Source: Octopus sinensis
Lineage: Eukaryota
Length of the DNA stretch: 64,000 nt
Assembly (NCBI RefSeq): GCF_006345805.1
Contig: NC_043024.1
Location: forward strand, 17,360,001 to 17,424,000
Reading direction: 5' to 3'
Made by a program: the position numbers and the translations under genes. This document shows, in pieces, positions 1 to 12,371 of the stretch. The notes below the pieces were generated by a model. The model saw only the letters and a program-made list of their open reading frames with translations, had not been told where the DNA came from and made no database searches. Every line of letters begins with the position of its first letter. Position 1 is the first letter of the stretch.

Positions 1-244
1 TATGGAATTGATATGGGGAAAATGGTATCAATTTGAGACAATATTCCTGTGAATTCTTGTTTTTGACAGCTCTTCACCTCCTCCTTGTGATCTAGCTAGC
101 TAACCAATCATCTGTTTAACTGTCTATTGTCTATCTGCCTAATGTCTGTCTGTCAAATCTTTTGTCCTTGTTCCTATCAATTAGAAAAGATTATTATTAT
201 TATTATTATTATTATCATTATTATTATTATTATTACTATTATTG

Positions 245-280
<36 letters not shown>

Positions 281-800
281 TTGGGTGAGAGAGCAGTGCA
301 TACCATCAAAGTGGCACTGGGGTAAAATGTATGAAGCCTAGTATACCCATCATGACTACCCGTCTGATAAGGGTACACCAAGCACATTCATCACAAAATG
401 TGCATGACATGGTGATCTCATACTCAAGATAAACAGCACATGAACTTGCAGGTGGGGCTGTGAGTTAGAATTTTCTTCAGGTTGAATATCCCATCACACT
501 CAAAAGGTCCCTAAATAAGGGCTGTTTAAGGTTGTTGAACGAAACATCCATGTTTCCAAACGTGAATTATCCTAACCCCAGAGATTTCCTCTCAACAAAT
601 GGCTATGATGCTTTCCCACTACTTCTGCTCGTGATCAGAAATGCACATATCATCAGCCACTAAGGGATATGGTCAACTGGTTAAGATCAAACAACTGTAG
701 CCCATCTTTTATACCAAGACAAAACAATGTACATGATAACACTTCGAATCAGTTAAGATCAGAAGCCATGAGAACCACTGTCTGGTACTGCATCAGCGAA
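281..800. mobile_element. Interspersed ~500 bp repeat abutting (TAA/TAG)n, likely non-LTR UTR-derived or SINE-like; second copy at 45691-46163
   Basis: Co-linear similarity with 45691-46163 (e.g. gagagagcagtg...catcaaagtg.cactggggtaaaat; gttagaattttcttcagg; aatgtacatgataacacttc). Both copies directly follow an (ATT)n/(AGT or ACT)n tract. Confidence 0.7.
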
Positions 801-858
801 TCTTTATCATCATCATCATCATCATCATCATCAGCGAATCATCATCATCATCATTATT

Positions 859-1070
859 GAGGTGGTAAGCTGGCAGAATCATTAGCATGCTGTGCTTAGA
901 ATCATGTTGTCTGTCTTTATGTTCTGAGTTCATATTCTACTGTGGTCAACTTTGCCTTTCATCCTTTCATGGTCAATGAATTAAGTACCAGTGAAACACT
1001 GGGTTGATGTAATCAACTTGTCCCCTCCCACTAAAATTTCAGGCCTTGTGTCTTTAGTAGAAAGGATTAT
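859..1070 (+). mobile_element. tRNA-derived SINE, family A
   Basis: A-box-like agctggcagaa, B-box-like gagttcatattc, central box gtcaactttgcctttcatccttt...aagtaccagt, (ATT)n tail. Many homologous copies in the window. Confidence 0.85.
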
Positions 1071-1135
1071 TATTATTATAATTCAGTAGTTTTATTTTTA
1101 TATCGTGCTTAATTATTATTATTATTATTATTACA

Positions 1136-2580
1136 TGCTACATTTGTTAGCAAGGATGTTGTCTTGAGGTTTGGGGACAACAAGTCTTCTCAAATCTCAA
1201 GAATCTGTTTTTGGATTCTTGCAGAATTTCAGGGTTGCACTTTTCTGCACATCTACAATGCAAGCCCCAATTCCAATATCCTTCAGTGTCTAAGGCAGCA
1301 GTTTGTGAGTTGTGACAAGTGCACCAATTACCACTGAAATAATTCTTGTCTTAGGATTCCAAAATCGTTTCAACTCTCTGACAACAACCTGATATTTCTC
1401 AATTCCTTCGGTATCCACTCTGTTATCTTATGGAATTACAAAGTCTATGATCTTAAGCTGTTAATATATTTTGTCCTTTATAATCACATCTGTTCTTGTT
1501 TCACTAATAAAATCAATCTTTATGGGGAAGTCTCATAAGATCCTGTAACTCTTATTCTCTATCACAGCCTCTGGTTCATGTTCACTCCACTTTCCTGTTA
1601 TTTCAAAGTCATGCATTCAGCTAACATCCCAATGCACTCTCTTACCTATGTCGTCATGGCTATGCTTATACTCTTTTTGTGCTAGCTTACTGCATTTATT
1701 CAAGAGGGGACTGATACTTTCGTTTCCTTTCTTGAAGATTCTACATTTTCTCTCTGACCAAGTTTTGTCAATCTTCACTTTTATTTGATTATCCTAATAG
1801 CATATTCCTGAGCAGCTCCTAAGTGAAAAGCAATATGTTTTGCCACGGGCAAAAGAGAATTATAACATGGAAGATTCTTCACTGATTCAGTTAGCTACTG
1901 TTTTAAAGACAGAAATAGGGTTTATTTTTGGAGATGTTCCTGCTAAATTCTATGCATGTTGAAGTCCTGGCACAGGGTTGTCAGTTTTGAGAGAAGTGAA
2001 GGTTAGTCAGTACCATTGACTGTTTATGTGTACAATAAGAGATCTCTAATTTTAAAACAGGTAACGGTTAGCAACAGGAAGTCCAGCTTCCAGAATGTTG
2101 CTAATGTAGCAGTGGGTGTTAATTCTAACATCCAAGGGTACAAAAACAAGGGGAGACATTCCAGTGGCTGTCACAGCCACCTAAATCTATTACTGATTAG
2201 ATTTTTGACAACGATTTATGAGTCAACACTTGACCAAGCCAGATACACTTCAAAGTCGGTCATTCTGGTGGTTTACTTTCTGTTCGATGTCAGATATTTG
2301 TTCATCAATGAACACCAGGTTGGGCAATATGCCTTCAGCAATCTGACGCAGGATAAGATGAATTCTCTCCAGTCTCCTAGCCTTATAAACTTGTGTAAGC
2401 TCACAACAGTGGATCATCTTGTAGGAGTGGGTCCTGTAATCCTCCTTCAGCACTCAATAAATCAATGTTTTGTTTATTTTTGCTCTGGTATCCAGTCTTC
2501 TGATGGAACAAGGATTTCACCATATCTATTATCTGGTACTTTTGAGGGGTCTGTACACTTCATTTTCAGCCATGTCTAGA
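1136..2580 (-). mobile_element. Decayed R4/Dong-type (REL-endonuclease) non-LTR retrotransposon, RT thumb to 3' end
   Basis: Minus-strand translation gives KCRI..GNESISPLLNKCSKLAQKEYKHSHDDIGKRVHWDV (degenerate CCHC region) and EKYQVVVRELKRFWNPKTRIISVVIGAL (REL C-terminus), with stops and frameshifts. The 3' end runs into (TAA)n at ~1110-1135. Confidence 0.85.
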
Positions 2581-3669
2581 TCAGTCACCAGTGGAACCAG
2601 TCTCTTGAAATTTCTTGACAATTTCCCAGGCTGTTGTTCAGTTAATTTTAAGCTTTTTTGCTATAATTGTATTACTTTCACGTCCTTTGTGGAACTTTAT
2701 GATCGTTTTTATGTCTATAGCCATTACCTAGTTTATAAATCGAAATCTATTTAGTCTGAAACAAAAAGAAGACATTATAAGCTTTTATAATGAAGTATAA
2801 TTTTCATATCTCAGCACATTTAATGATAGTTATTGAAACCCGAAAATTCAGTTGCCTTAATTTCAGGACACCCTGTAGTTGCACAGGTACCTTTAGTCAT
2901 ATTGCTAATATTCTATCCTAATCTGTTAATTCTAGAAGTAATGTGTGTGTATGAATTTGTGGGTATGTGTGTGTGTGTGAAGTGTGTGCGCATGTGTGTG
3001 TACATGTGTGTGTGTGTATGAGTGTGTATGAATGTGTGTGTGTATGTGTGTTTGTAAGTATCCATTTGTATGTATGTTTGTTACTGTGTGTGCAACATGT
3101 TGCATGGCATACACATTCTATTACACATCTGTGTAACAGAACTTGACACAGATACATGTATGAATGCATGCTTCGCCTGTTGTCCTTTCTGTACTCTTTT
3201 AACCAAACATTTATGAATATTCTGTGTGTGCATGTGTAGCGCGCATATACATATATGTATTACATATTACACATACTGGCATATGTGGAACCTCTTAAAT
3301 ATTGTGCATAACTGTTGGAATATACGAAGAGCTTACTTTCACAACCAGATTCATGATTTTTGAGTAATTGAGGAAACAACTTGAATATCTCTGATTTTGA
3401 CTGGAAGACGAAGATTCACCTACTGTCTATATGGCATCTGTCACAGTTTGTCTGAAAAAAATTACACGTATGTGAAGCCAGCAGCTTGCAGATTGTGCTT
3501 TAATGTTTAATATCAGTGGCGATGAGGAGTCGACCTACATACAGTGGTAGATAAGACACAACTCAGACGGACTGTGTAAGAAGACACAATAATTACACAC
3601 AGTGAATAATAACGAAGAAAAAATGTCTGATAAAACTGGAACTTTAACACAGAACTGAACTACACACAG

Positions 3670-4045
3670 TGAAAAATAATATAAATCCATTTGAAGGACT
3701 TAAGCCAGGTTGCTATATGTTAGTAGCACTACCAATAAAGAATGTAAACTAGTATACCTGCTGCATTCTGTCTGAAAAGAAAAGTAATTGTGTGTGGCAG
3801 AAAAAAATAATGATTATAATAAGTCCATGTGAAGGATTTTAGTCAGGTTGCTATGTGTTAATAGCACTACCGGTAAACAATGTAGACTGGTACTACCTGC
3901 AGCATTCTGAAAAGTAAAATAATTCTGTGTGGCAGGGAAAAATAATAATGAGTCTGTGTAAAGGATTTATGTCAGGTCGCTATATGTTAGTTGCGCTACC
4001 CGTAAACACTGTAGACTGGTACTACCTGCAGCATTCTGATGAAAA
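3670..4045. repeat. Degenerate tandem array, ~3 units of ~130-140 bp
   Basis: Repeated blocks gaaggattt..tcaggttgctat.tgtta.tagcactacc.gtaaac.atgtagactggtactacctgcagcattctg. Confidence 0.8.
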
Positions 4046-4194
4046 AAAATGATAAGAAGAAAATGAAAGACATATCAGTTGCTATCAAATTGACCAAATA
4101 TACGCTTATACTGGTTTTGAAAGTAAACTCCTCATATATACATGTATAATATAGGACTATATATACATGTATAATAATAGGATTATTATATAGA

Positions 4195-4480
4195 GCGAAA
4201 GGAAATCAAACCAGTGAGTGTGTTAGATAAGAAGGCATTAAGATAATATGACTCTCTCCAGACACAACAAATTTGGCTTCAGCACACAAATTCACATAAA
4301 GAATCTTGCAAACCAAATACAAAAACGAAGTGTGTATATATATATATATGTGTGTATATGTATGTTTGTATATGTATATATATAAATATATATATTTAAC
4401 AACAAAACTTTTAATAGAGAAAACTATATCTTTATTATAGTTCCCCCACCTTATAAAGCCGACAATTGTTTCTGTTGCAT
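4195..4480. mobile_element. Interspersed repeat fragment (family F) with a hammerhead half-motif on the minus strand; homologous to 61190-61398
   Basis: gactctc.ccagacacaacaaa...cacataaagaatcttgcaaac is shared with 61.3 kb. The minus strand at ~4455-4475 reads GAAAC-AATT-GTC. Confidence 0.6.
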
Positions 4481-4690
4481 ATATATATATATATACACAC
4501 ATACATACATATATATATATATTATATATATAATATATATGTATATACACACATATGTGAACATACATATATGCATATATATATATATAAATATGATTAT
4601 ATATATACATATAAACATACATTCATGTATATATATATACATATAGAAAATCTCATTGAAATTAATATCAGTATCTTCAAAATACATGTT

Positions 4691-4740
<50 letters not shown>

Positions 4741-5016
4741 GTCTCACACACACACACCACACAGGAAAGCAAACTTTCAACTCAGCAACAAAAAACAAAA
4801 CGACAAACAATAACCCGTCTCCTCTATCTTTGCTCTGACCTCTAAAGAATGCTGTTGGACAATTCCAGATCGTTTCTCAGTTTTTTCTTTCTACTCTTCT
4901 GAAAATTTGCTTCAAGCCAAAAGAACTAAAGAGATTGCTTCTTTTTTTTTTTTTTTGTTATTCTGTGACATATTTCCTGCAGCTAAATGACAATACAATT
5001 ATTATCATTATCATTA

Positions 5017-5049
<33 letters not shown>

Positions 5050-5237
5050 GATATCATAGATGATGGTGATTATTATGATGATGATAATGAAGAAAATGAG
5101 GCTGGTTTAAATTGCAGTGGTGTGGTGGTACTAGTGATGGTTGTGGGGGGGTCTGTATGAACAGTGATATTTTTTTTTTAATATGATGATCTGTTTGGTG
5201 ATGGCAGTGTTTCTCAATAATGATGCTAATAATAATG

Positions 5238-5271
<34 letters not shown>

Positions 5272-6391
5272 CAATAATCATTGGCATACACAAAAAATGT
5301 ATTTATATATATATATTATATACACATACACACACACATGGATATATATATATATCTATGCATATTGTGTATACATGTATGTGTGTATTCTGTAACATAT
5401 TCTACAACAGAGATATATATAATTTATAATATATTTAAAAAAAAGAATGTATATATATATATATAAGTCAAGATAAAAAAATGCTAAAATAATTTTATTA
5501 TAAAAAACATTTTAGTACCGGTTTCAGTCATTGAGATTTTTTCAACTCTAAGTATGGAAATCAGTTAAATTTTGGAAAAATTAAATGGAAAGTTTTTTGA
5601 AAGAATATTTGCATAGTATTCTAATATAAGTGGTGTTTTCCTTGTTTCTGTCTGTCTCTGTCTCTCTTTTTTGCTCTTGTGGGTTCGAGATCGTGAATTC
5701 TTGGCAGAGAAGAAGGAGAAAAGAATGCACAAGTGGTATGATAGTAGTAGGATGTTAAATGATCAAGTGAGTTAAAAGTGGCTCGTTGTGGATTATAGTA
5801 GTGATTGGGACTGTTTTCAATGAATTCTTGGGTATCAATGATGATGCCCACAGATAATATGGACTATACTGTACTAATCCTAAGGATACTGACTCTGATG
5901 TCAAAATAATCTGATCTGTGGAAACAACATAGGGATCTATTAAATGTTTATACATTCCATTGTGCTATTATTGTTATTATTATATTTATATCACATTATA
6001 TCGGTATAACCATGATGCAACATCGAAAATCTGACTCACTGGTCAGTATCATCAAATGGTACCCAGCATAATGAAATAGGAGCTTTATTTGCATAGCTCT
6101 ATATTACATTAAATACTATGAATATAATATATTATATAATAATATATGAATATAATATCATAATATGAATATAATAATAATACTATGAATATGATATATA
6201 GCGTAACATAAAATTATATAAATAATTATAAATTGTTTTGACATATATATATTTTTTTTTCTGATATACATAATCACGGTTCCATTATGTCTATAACTGA
6301 ATTATACCAATATTTATATGGTATCCAAATGAAGTACCAGTGAATTGGATGTTTAACACACACCTTTGAAGGATCTCTTTTCCTCAGTATG

Positions 6392-6436
<45 letters not shown>

Positions 6437-6480
6437 AATAAATGAAATTTATGTTTGTTTGTCTTGTTGTCAAGAGAGGC

Positions 6481-6577
6481 TCCCTTTCTTTCCTGATGAG
6501 AAGATTGCATAATGCACCCTTCATTCCTTTGGAATGAAAACATGCTGTCTTCGAAACATATGTCGAGAGTAAAGGAA
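6481..6577 (+). ncRNA. Type I hammerhead ribozyme (Penelope-like/retrozyme type), canonical core
   Basis: CTGATGA 6493-6499. Stem II GAAGAT(6500-6505)/GTCTTC(6547-6552) encloses hairpin TTCATTCC-TTT-GGAATGAA. GAAAC 6553-6557, palindromic stem III AC-ATAT-GT, GTC cleavage triplet 6562-6564. Stem I TCCCTTTCTTTC/GAGAGTAAAGGA is an imperfect helix. Confidence 0.85.
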
Positions 6578-6778
6578 TTTTGTTAACATTTCGTTTCGAC
6601 TCCATTCTTTCATTTATTCATATACAACACACAAATTTCTGCACATGAACCGGAGTTTCTACCCTTGACAGGTCGCTTCAACCGTGTTTCTGACGTGAAT
6701 TTGCTACCCAGGTTTCGGTTAAACGAATTTTCCATGCTGACGATAAACATAGGATAATTCATTCACCTACTTAAATAT
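6486..6778 (+). mobile_element. Penelope-like pLTR/retrozyme-like ~290 bp unit carrying the hammerhead; diverged direct repeat of 7412-7692
   Basis: Co-linear with 7412-7692 (acacacaaatttct, gcttcaaccgtgtttctgacgtgaatttgctaccc, aggataattcattca.ctactta). Both are embedded in (TA)n. Confidence 0.7.
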
Positions 6779-6805
6779 ATATATATATCATCACCATATA
6801 TGATA

Positions 6806-6838
<33 letters not shown>

Positions 6839-7226
6839 TATATGATGATTGATATATATAAATGGTATAATTTTTTTTATGAAATACTATAACATTTTTT
6901 TAATATAACATTACTCAATATGACTTCAAGTTCTGTAAGTAGGAGATATTTTAAGCTTTCTCAATTTTTAAAAACTATTTTAATTAATTTATTTGTATCT
7001 CTGATGAGAGAAATGTGACTGTTTGTATTGGCTGGAAATCTTACCCAATACAAACGATTGTAAGGTCTTGTATTATTGCTTTTCTTTGTATTATAATATT
7101 AGACCATTTGAAACCTAACATCTTGATGAATTTTTTATGTATTTTGTATTCTCATGATAAAAGAACTTGACCTATGAAATTCTGTCATCTACTTTGATTT
7201 TTGTCATATATATATATATATATATA

Positions 7227-7351
7227 TAAATGAAAGAATGGAGTTGAACGACGATTTAACAAAATTCCTTTATTCTCGACATATGTTTTGAAGACTGCAT
7301 ATTCCTAATTCTGAAGGAATAAAGGGTGCATTATGCCGCCTTCTCATTAGG
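7227..7351 (-). repeat. Inverted copy of the hammerhead unit with mutated core (CTAATGA, CAAAAC); left arm of a 125-bp inverted repeat
   Basis: The reverse complement matches 7418-7542 with only about 6 mismatches. The loop is 66 nt (7352-7417). Confidence 0.9.
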
Positions 7352-7406
7352 GCTCCGTGTGGGCAGTCATCTAAAAGTTTTTGTTCGTCATGATGCTGAC
7401 ATAAGT

Positions 7407-7504
7407 TCCTTGTCTTTCCTGATGAGAAGGCGGCATAATGCACCCTTTATTCCTTTGGAATTAGGAATATGCAGTCTTCGAAACATATGTCGAGAATAAA
7501 GGAA
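7407..7504 (+). ncRNA. Type I hammerhead ribozyme, canonical core (second copy)
   Basis: CTGATGA 7419-7425; stem II GAAGGC(7426-7431)/GTCTTC(7474-7479); GAAAC 7480-7484; ATAT; GTC 7489-7491. Stem I is 4 bp + 3x3 internal loop + 6 bp (TTCCTT/AAGGAA). Confidence 0.85.
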
Positions 7505-7818
7505 TTTTGTTAAATCGTTGTTCAACTACATTCTTTCATTTATTTATAGTAAAAAAACACACAAATTTCTACACGAAAGCATGTGATCTCTGCCCTTGGC
7601 TAGTAGCTTCAACCGTGTTTTCTGACGTGAATTTGCTACCCGGGTATCGGTTAACCGAATTATGCATACTAGGATAATTCATTCAACTACTTATATATAT
7701 ATATATATATATATTGATAGAAATGGCAAGACAACAAAAGAATGAAGGAGACCTCAATATTATGTAAATAGAGGAATTTATCTGTAAATATAATATGTGA
7801 CAATTATTTGGTAGCCAT

Positions 7819-7880
7819 GATAAAACTCTGAGTTTCAGATGTCGGGGCGGTAACCCATGCTGGCATCTTTTCAGTTATCG
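7819..7880 (-). ncRNA. Hammerhead-like fold with non-canonical core CTGAAAA
   Basis: Minus strand: GATAA-CTGAAAA-AGATG...CATCT-GAAAC-TCAGA-GTT-TTATC. Stems I (5 bp) and II (5 bp) are perfect, but G8 is replaced by A. Confidence 0.5.
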
Positions 7881-8539
7881 GGCCATCAAAATATATATAT
7901 ATAATATATATTATATATTATATATTATATATATATATTCACACACATACATGACCCCAGGATGGAACTCTTTGAACCATACACTTTAGGAGATTCCTAC
8001 TGAAGTTCTGGGATCCACAAGCTAATTACAGATAGCCACCTATGGGAGACAATCTCTTGCACTTAACCCTTCTTATTTGTCCATGAGTTCAACAACTAGC
8101 CACAAAGTCTTTCGTCCCTCCACCTTGAAGAGAGTTTATTGGCCCCCAGCCATCAGAGTCTGAAGAAATGCCATAAAGTCTGTAAGGCCACAGACCAGCT
8201 ATAACTATCTTTATCTAATTACTCTATTATTGCTTTATAAAATAGTGTGTGCTTCTCTTTCAGATTTAATCAATGCATTGTTTGGCATTCTTGATTAAAA
8301 TCCTTTTTGTAAAAGAATTTATAGAAAGAAATTTGTTGATATGATGATTTGACTGGGATTTCTAAGGTTTGCCTTTGATGACTTTTTTTAACAGATTGAC
8401 TGAGTAAGCTGTTAGAAGGAAAATGTGAAGCCCAAGTGAAACAAATGTTATCAATACATTCACACGAATGAATATAGTCATTCACACACACACACACACA
8501 CACATGTGGCTGGATAGATAGATAGATATATAGATAGAA

Positions 8540-8714
8540 GGCGGCGAGCTGGCAGAAATGTTACATTCTGAGTTGAAATTCCACTCGAGGTCGACTTTGC
8601 CTTTCATCCTTTCGGGGTCGATTAAATAAGTACCAGTTATGCACTGGGGTCGATGTAATCGACTTAATCCCTTTGTCTTTGCTTGTTTGGCTCCTTGTGG
8701 GCAATAAAGAAATA
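8540..8714 (+). mobile_element. tRNA-derived SINE, family A (young, CpG-rich)
   Basis: ggcggcgagctggcagaa head; gaggtcgactttgcctttcatcctttcggggtcgattaaataagtaccag core. Confidence 0.9.
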
Positions 8715-9474
8715 AGATAGATAGACATACACACACACATAGATAGATAGATACACACATGCACACAGACATACACACATGTAGATGGATAGATAAATAG
8801 ATATATATATATATATATACACACTCACACACACATATAGATGGATAGATAGATAAATATATGCACACACACACACAGATGGATAGATAGCTATACATGC
8901 ACACATACCTACAGATGGATAGCTAGGTACATGCACACAGACATACACACATACACACACATGCACACATACCCACACGCACACACATGTACATACACAC
9001 ATAGTTCTTGTAATCGTGTGCATGTCATAAAATCTTAAATGTTATAGACAAAAATTCCTAAAGAATAATTTTAAAACATTGCTATGAAGAATATTGTACA
9101 GAGGGCGTATGGGTTATTGGGGTGGTGTAGTACCTATAACTTTGTGGTGGTGGTGGGGTGGGGGGAACATCTGGTGCTCTTTGGGTTAGTTCCTCTGCTT
9201 TGGTCCTCCCCTGACACCTAACCCTCACCTGTGTATCCCCAAAACTGTCTGCATGCAACTGCGACCTCCCCCCAAGCAATGGCTTCTGCAGGCTGGCTAA
9301 ACCATGGTGAGGGTAACTGATGACTTTCAACCCTTGGTAAGCTAGGGCTTTGTCTATCTATGCATGTGAGAACTAGGCCCGTTGGACTGTCTGAAAGAAA
9401 CCATGAGATTGGTTCAACAAGTAGGAAGATGGACCAGCAAGCATTGTGGGGGTCAGACAGGGCACAGTATAATA

Positions 9475-9612
9475 ATCCTTTCTACTAAGGGCACAAGGCC
9501 TGAAATTTGGAGATTTGGTGGTAGGGGATAGTCTATTGCATCATCTCTAGTGTTCTACAAGTACTTATTTTATCGACCTTAAAAGAATGAAAGGCAAAGT
9601 TGACCCTGGCGA
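9475..9612 (-). mobile_element. SINE family A fragment
   Basis: Reverse complement of the core box (aagaatgaaaggcaaagttgacc). Confidence 0.75.
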
Positions 9613-9685
9613 AGGGCACAGTATAATAATAACAACAATAATAATAATGATAATAATAGCAATAATAATAATAATAATAATAATA

Positions 9686-10110
9686 ACTCTAAGCAGAAAC
9701 TGAAGAATTTTTAATTGCAACACAAGACCAAAACCTCCCCATCAGAAATTATAAAAAACTTATAATGAAAAGAAACATAACAAGTAACTGCAGATCGTGT
9801 GGAGATGGACAAGGTGCAATAAATCATATTGTCTCTGGCTGCCCAGTCCTGGCTAAGAAGGAATATATTCACAGGCACGAGAGAGTTGGGACCTAGATAC
9901 ACTGGAAGTTATGCCAACACTACGGAATAACAACAGAAAAAAGATGGTATAGGCACACACTAGAAATGGTCACAGAAAACAAGAAAACAACTATACTCTG
10001 GGATATGCCAATACACACAGATAGAGAAATTAAGGCCAACAGGCCGGATATAGCTGTCAGGGATCACCAAGACAAAAATGCTTTCTAATCAATGTATCAA
10101 TACTAACAGA
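9686..10110 (+). mobile_element. 5'-truncated R4/Dong-type non-LTR fragment (CCHC knuckle + REL endonuclease)
   Basis: Frame from 9696: ETEEFLIATQDQNLPIRNY...CRSCGDGQGAINHIVSGCPVLAKKEYIHRHERVGT*IHWKLCQHY...TILWDMPIHTDREIKANRPDIAVRD. Starts immediately after (AAT)n at 9624-9685. Confidence 0.9.
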
Positions 10111-10169
10111 TGCACTGCCTTGAAGAATTTTTAGTCAAACAAACTAACTATGGTATTTTATTTTTTATA

Positions 10170-10425
10170 AGCTGGTACTTATTCTTCCACTCTCTTTTGC
10201 CAAACTGCTAAGTTATGGGAGATGTAAGCACACCAACACCAGTTGTCAAGTGGCAGTTGGAGTCAAACACACACACACATATGACAAGCTCTTTTAAGTT
10301 TCCATATATCACATCCACTAAAAAGGCTTTGGTCAGAAGATGCCCAATGTGCCACATAGTTGGACTGAACCCAGAACCATGTGGCTGGGAAGCAAACTTC
10401 ATACCAAACAGCCAAGCTTGCACCT
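10170..10425 (-). mobile_element. tRNA-derived SINE, family B (partial)
   Basis: Reverse complement of ggttcagtcc..ctatgtggcac..tgggca..tcttct; matches the other B copies. Confidence 0.8.
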
Positions 10426-10436
10426 ATAGTTTATAA

Positions 10437-10611
10437 TGATGCTTTCTACTATAGGCACAAGGCCGGAAATGCTCTATGGGTATTTATTTCATTGACCCTG
10501 AAAGGATGAAAGGCAAAGTGGCCTTCAGCAGAATTTGAACTCAGAATGTAAAGATAAACGAAATGCCATTAATCAATTTGCCCGGAGTGCTAATGACTCA
10601 GCCAGCTCACC
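10437..10611 (-). mobile_element. SINE family A
   Basis: aaggatgaaaggcaaagt..., gaatttgaactcagaa, cagccagctcacc (reverse complement of head). Confidence 0.8.
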
Positions 10612-11285
10612 ATACAATAATACACAATAATATTTGGTCCGATGCCCATAGGATGCTGGTAATCCAACACCCTCATTGGCAAAGTTAGCACCTTCACTGC
10701 ATCACACCCCTACAAAAGTCTCCTGCTTCTGAACACATCGGAATGACTAAAAGTTTTACCATTCTAGACAACTTTGGCAGTTCTTTGGAAATAATTTTTG
10801 TTGCCTCTTGCTTAACCATCATTATCGATTGCTAATCATGTATGACTGTGACACAAAAGAATTTTTTCTTTTTTTCATTCTTTATAAATTCACAATGTGG
10901 TAAGCTATTAATTCTATTCATCACCACACCACCACCACCACCACCACCGTCACGGCACACCACCCCACCGTTTCTTGGATTTTATTTATATATTTTTTTC
11001 TTTCTTTGTGAACAAGAATCTGTGAAAGTATTTCAACTGAAAATCTTTAAAAAAAATGTTATACAGAACGGCAAATGGCACAAGATATAATAATAATAAG
11101 AAAAATAATATACATCAATAAAATAAATAAAACATGTGTGTGTGTGTGTGAATATATATATATATGTGTGTGTGTGGTGTATGTGTATATATGTATGTAT
11201 ACATATCTCTAATATATGTTATCTATAGTCTATGGAGATATAGATAAATAGATAGATAGGTTGCTAGGTAGATATAGCTAGATAG

Positions 11286-11318
<33 letters not shown>

Positions 11319-11412
11319 CATACATATATACACACATACATATATACACACATACATACATATATGTATACACACACATATACATATATATACACATATG
11401 TACATATATATA

Positions 11413-11456
<44 letters not shown>

Positions 11457-11765
11457 GGGGACAGAGACAGAGTAAAAGTGTGGGGAATAAGCAAAATAAA
11501 ATAAACAAAAGAAGTTTTGAAAGAGGCAAAAAAAAAGACAATAAAATTTCTTTTTGAAACTCAAAAATCAGTATAAGTGAATAAAGATAGTGGAGAGAGA
11601 ATTTGAGAGGAATCTTTTGATTCCAAAGAATAGAATTAATATAATTCCTGCTTGTGTGTTTTCAATCTGTATTTTATTTTAAATAATACTATATGTCTAT
11701 AGAGGTGTGCTGTGTGTGTGAGGAACTTGTGTATGTGTGTGTGTGCATATATGTGTTTGTGTGTG

Positions 11766-11813
<48 letters not shown>

Positions 11814-12371
11814 CACACACACACATAAGTATACCTCTGTGTTTATGTTTATATACATATATATATATACATACAAACACATACTCACACACACATATAT
11901 ATATATATATACACACACATACGCATGCACACACAGATACACACATATACAAACAACATGCATCCCACCCCCAATTTCATGTATATATAATTGAGTTCGG
12001 GTTTACAAAAGAGAAAAAATTTATTCTATGCATGTAGATTCTATTCACTTATTCACCCAGTCACTTCTGTGTTTCAACATGGCAATATATACATGTATGT
12101 GTATACTCACACACACACACATACTCACACTCTTATTTTGATATGTGTGTGTCTGTTTTTGCTATGCTATAACCATAGAATAAATCTATAGACTTTTAGC
12201 CAATACATGTGTAAATTGAATAAACTTTAAATACACTGGACATTCATAAACAGCTGTCATTTTTTTATAGAATCTAAATGTGTTTATAAAAAGGGCAATC
12301 ATCTGGGCTTGTTTCAACCCTCGTTGAGTTTTCATCAGTCATTCACAACCCTTTCTCTGACTATCTATGGC

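Noticed and set aside
2016-2579. 187-aa + strand ORF
   Set aside because: It is the antisense reading of the decayed R4/Dong reverse transcriptase on the minus strand; it starts with TTG and shows no family resemblance.
12300-12345. Minus-strand CTGATGA...GAAAC word pair
   Set aside because: Stem II is imperfect, and no stem III, NUH site or stem I can be formed.
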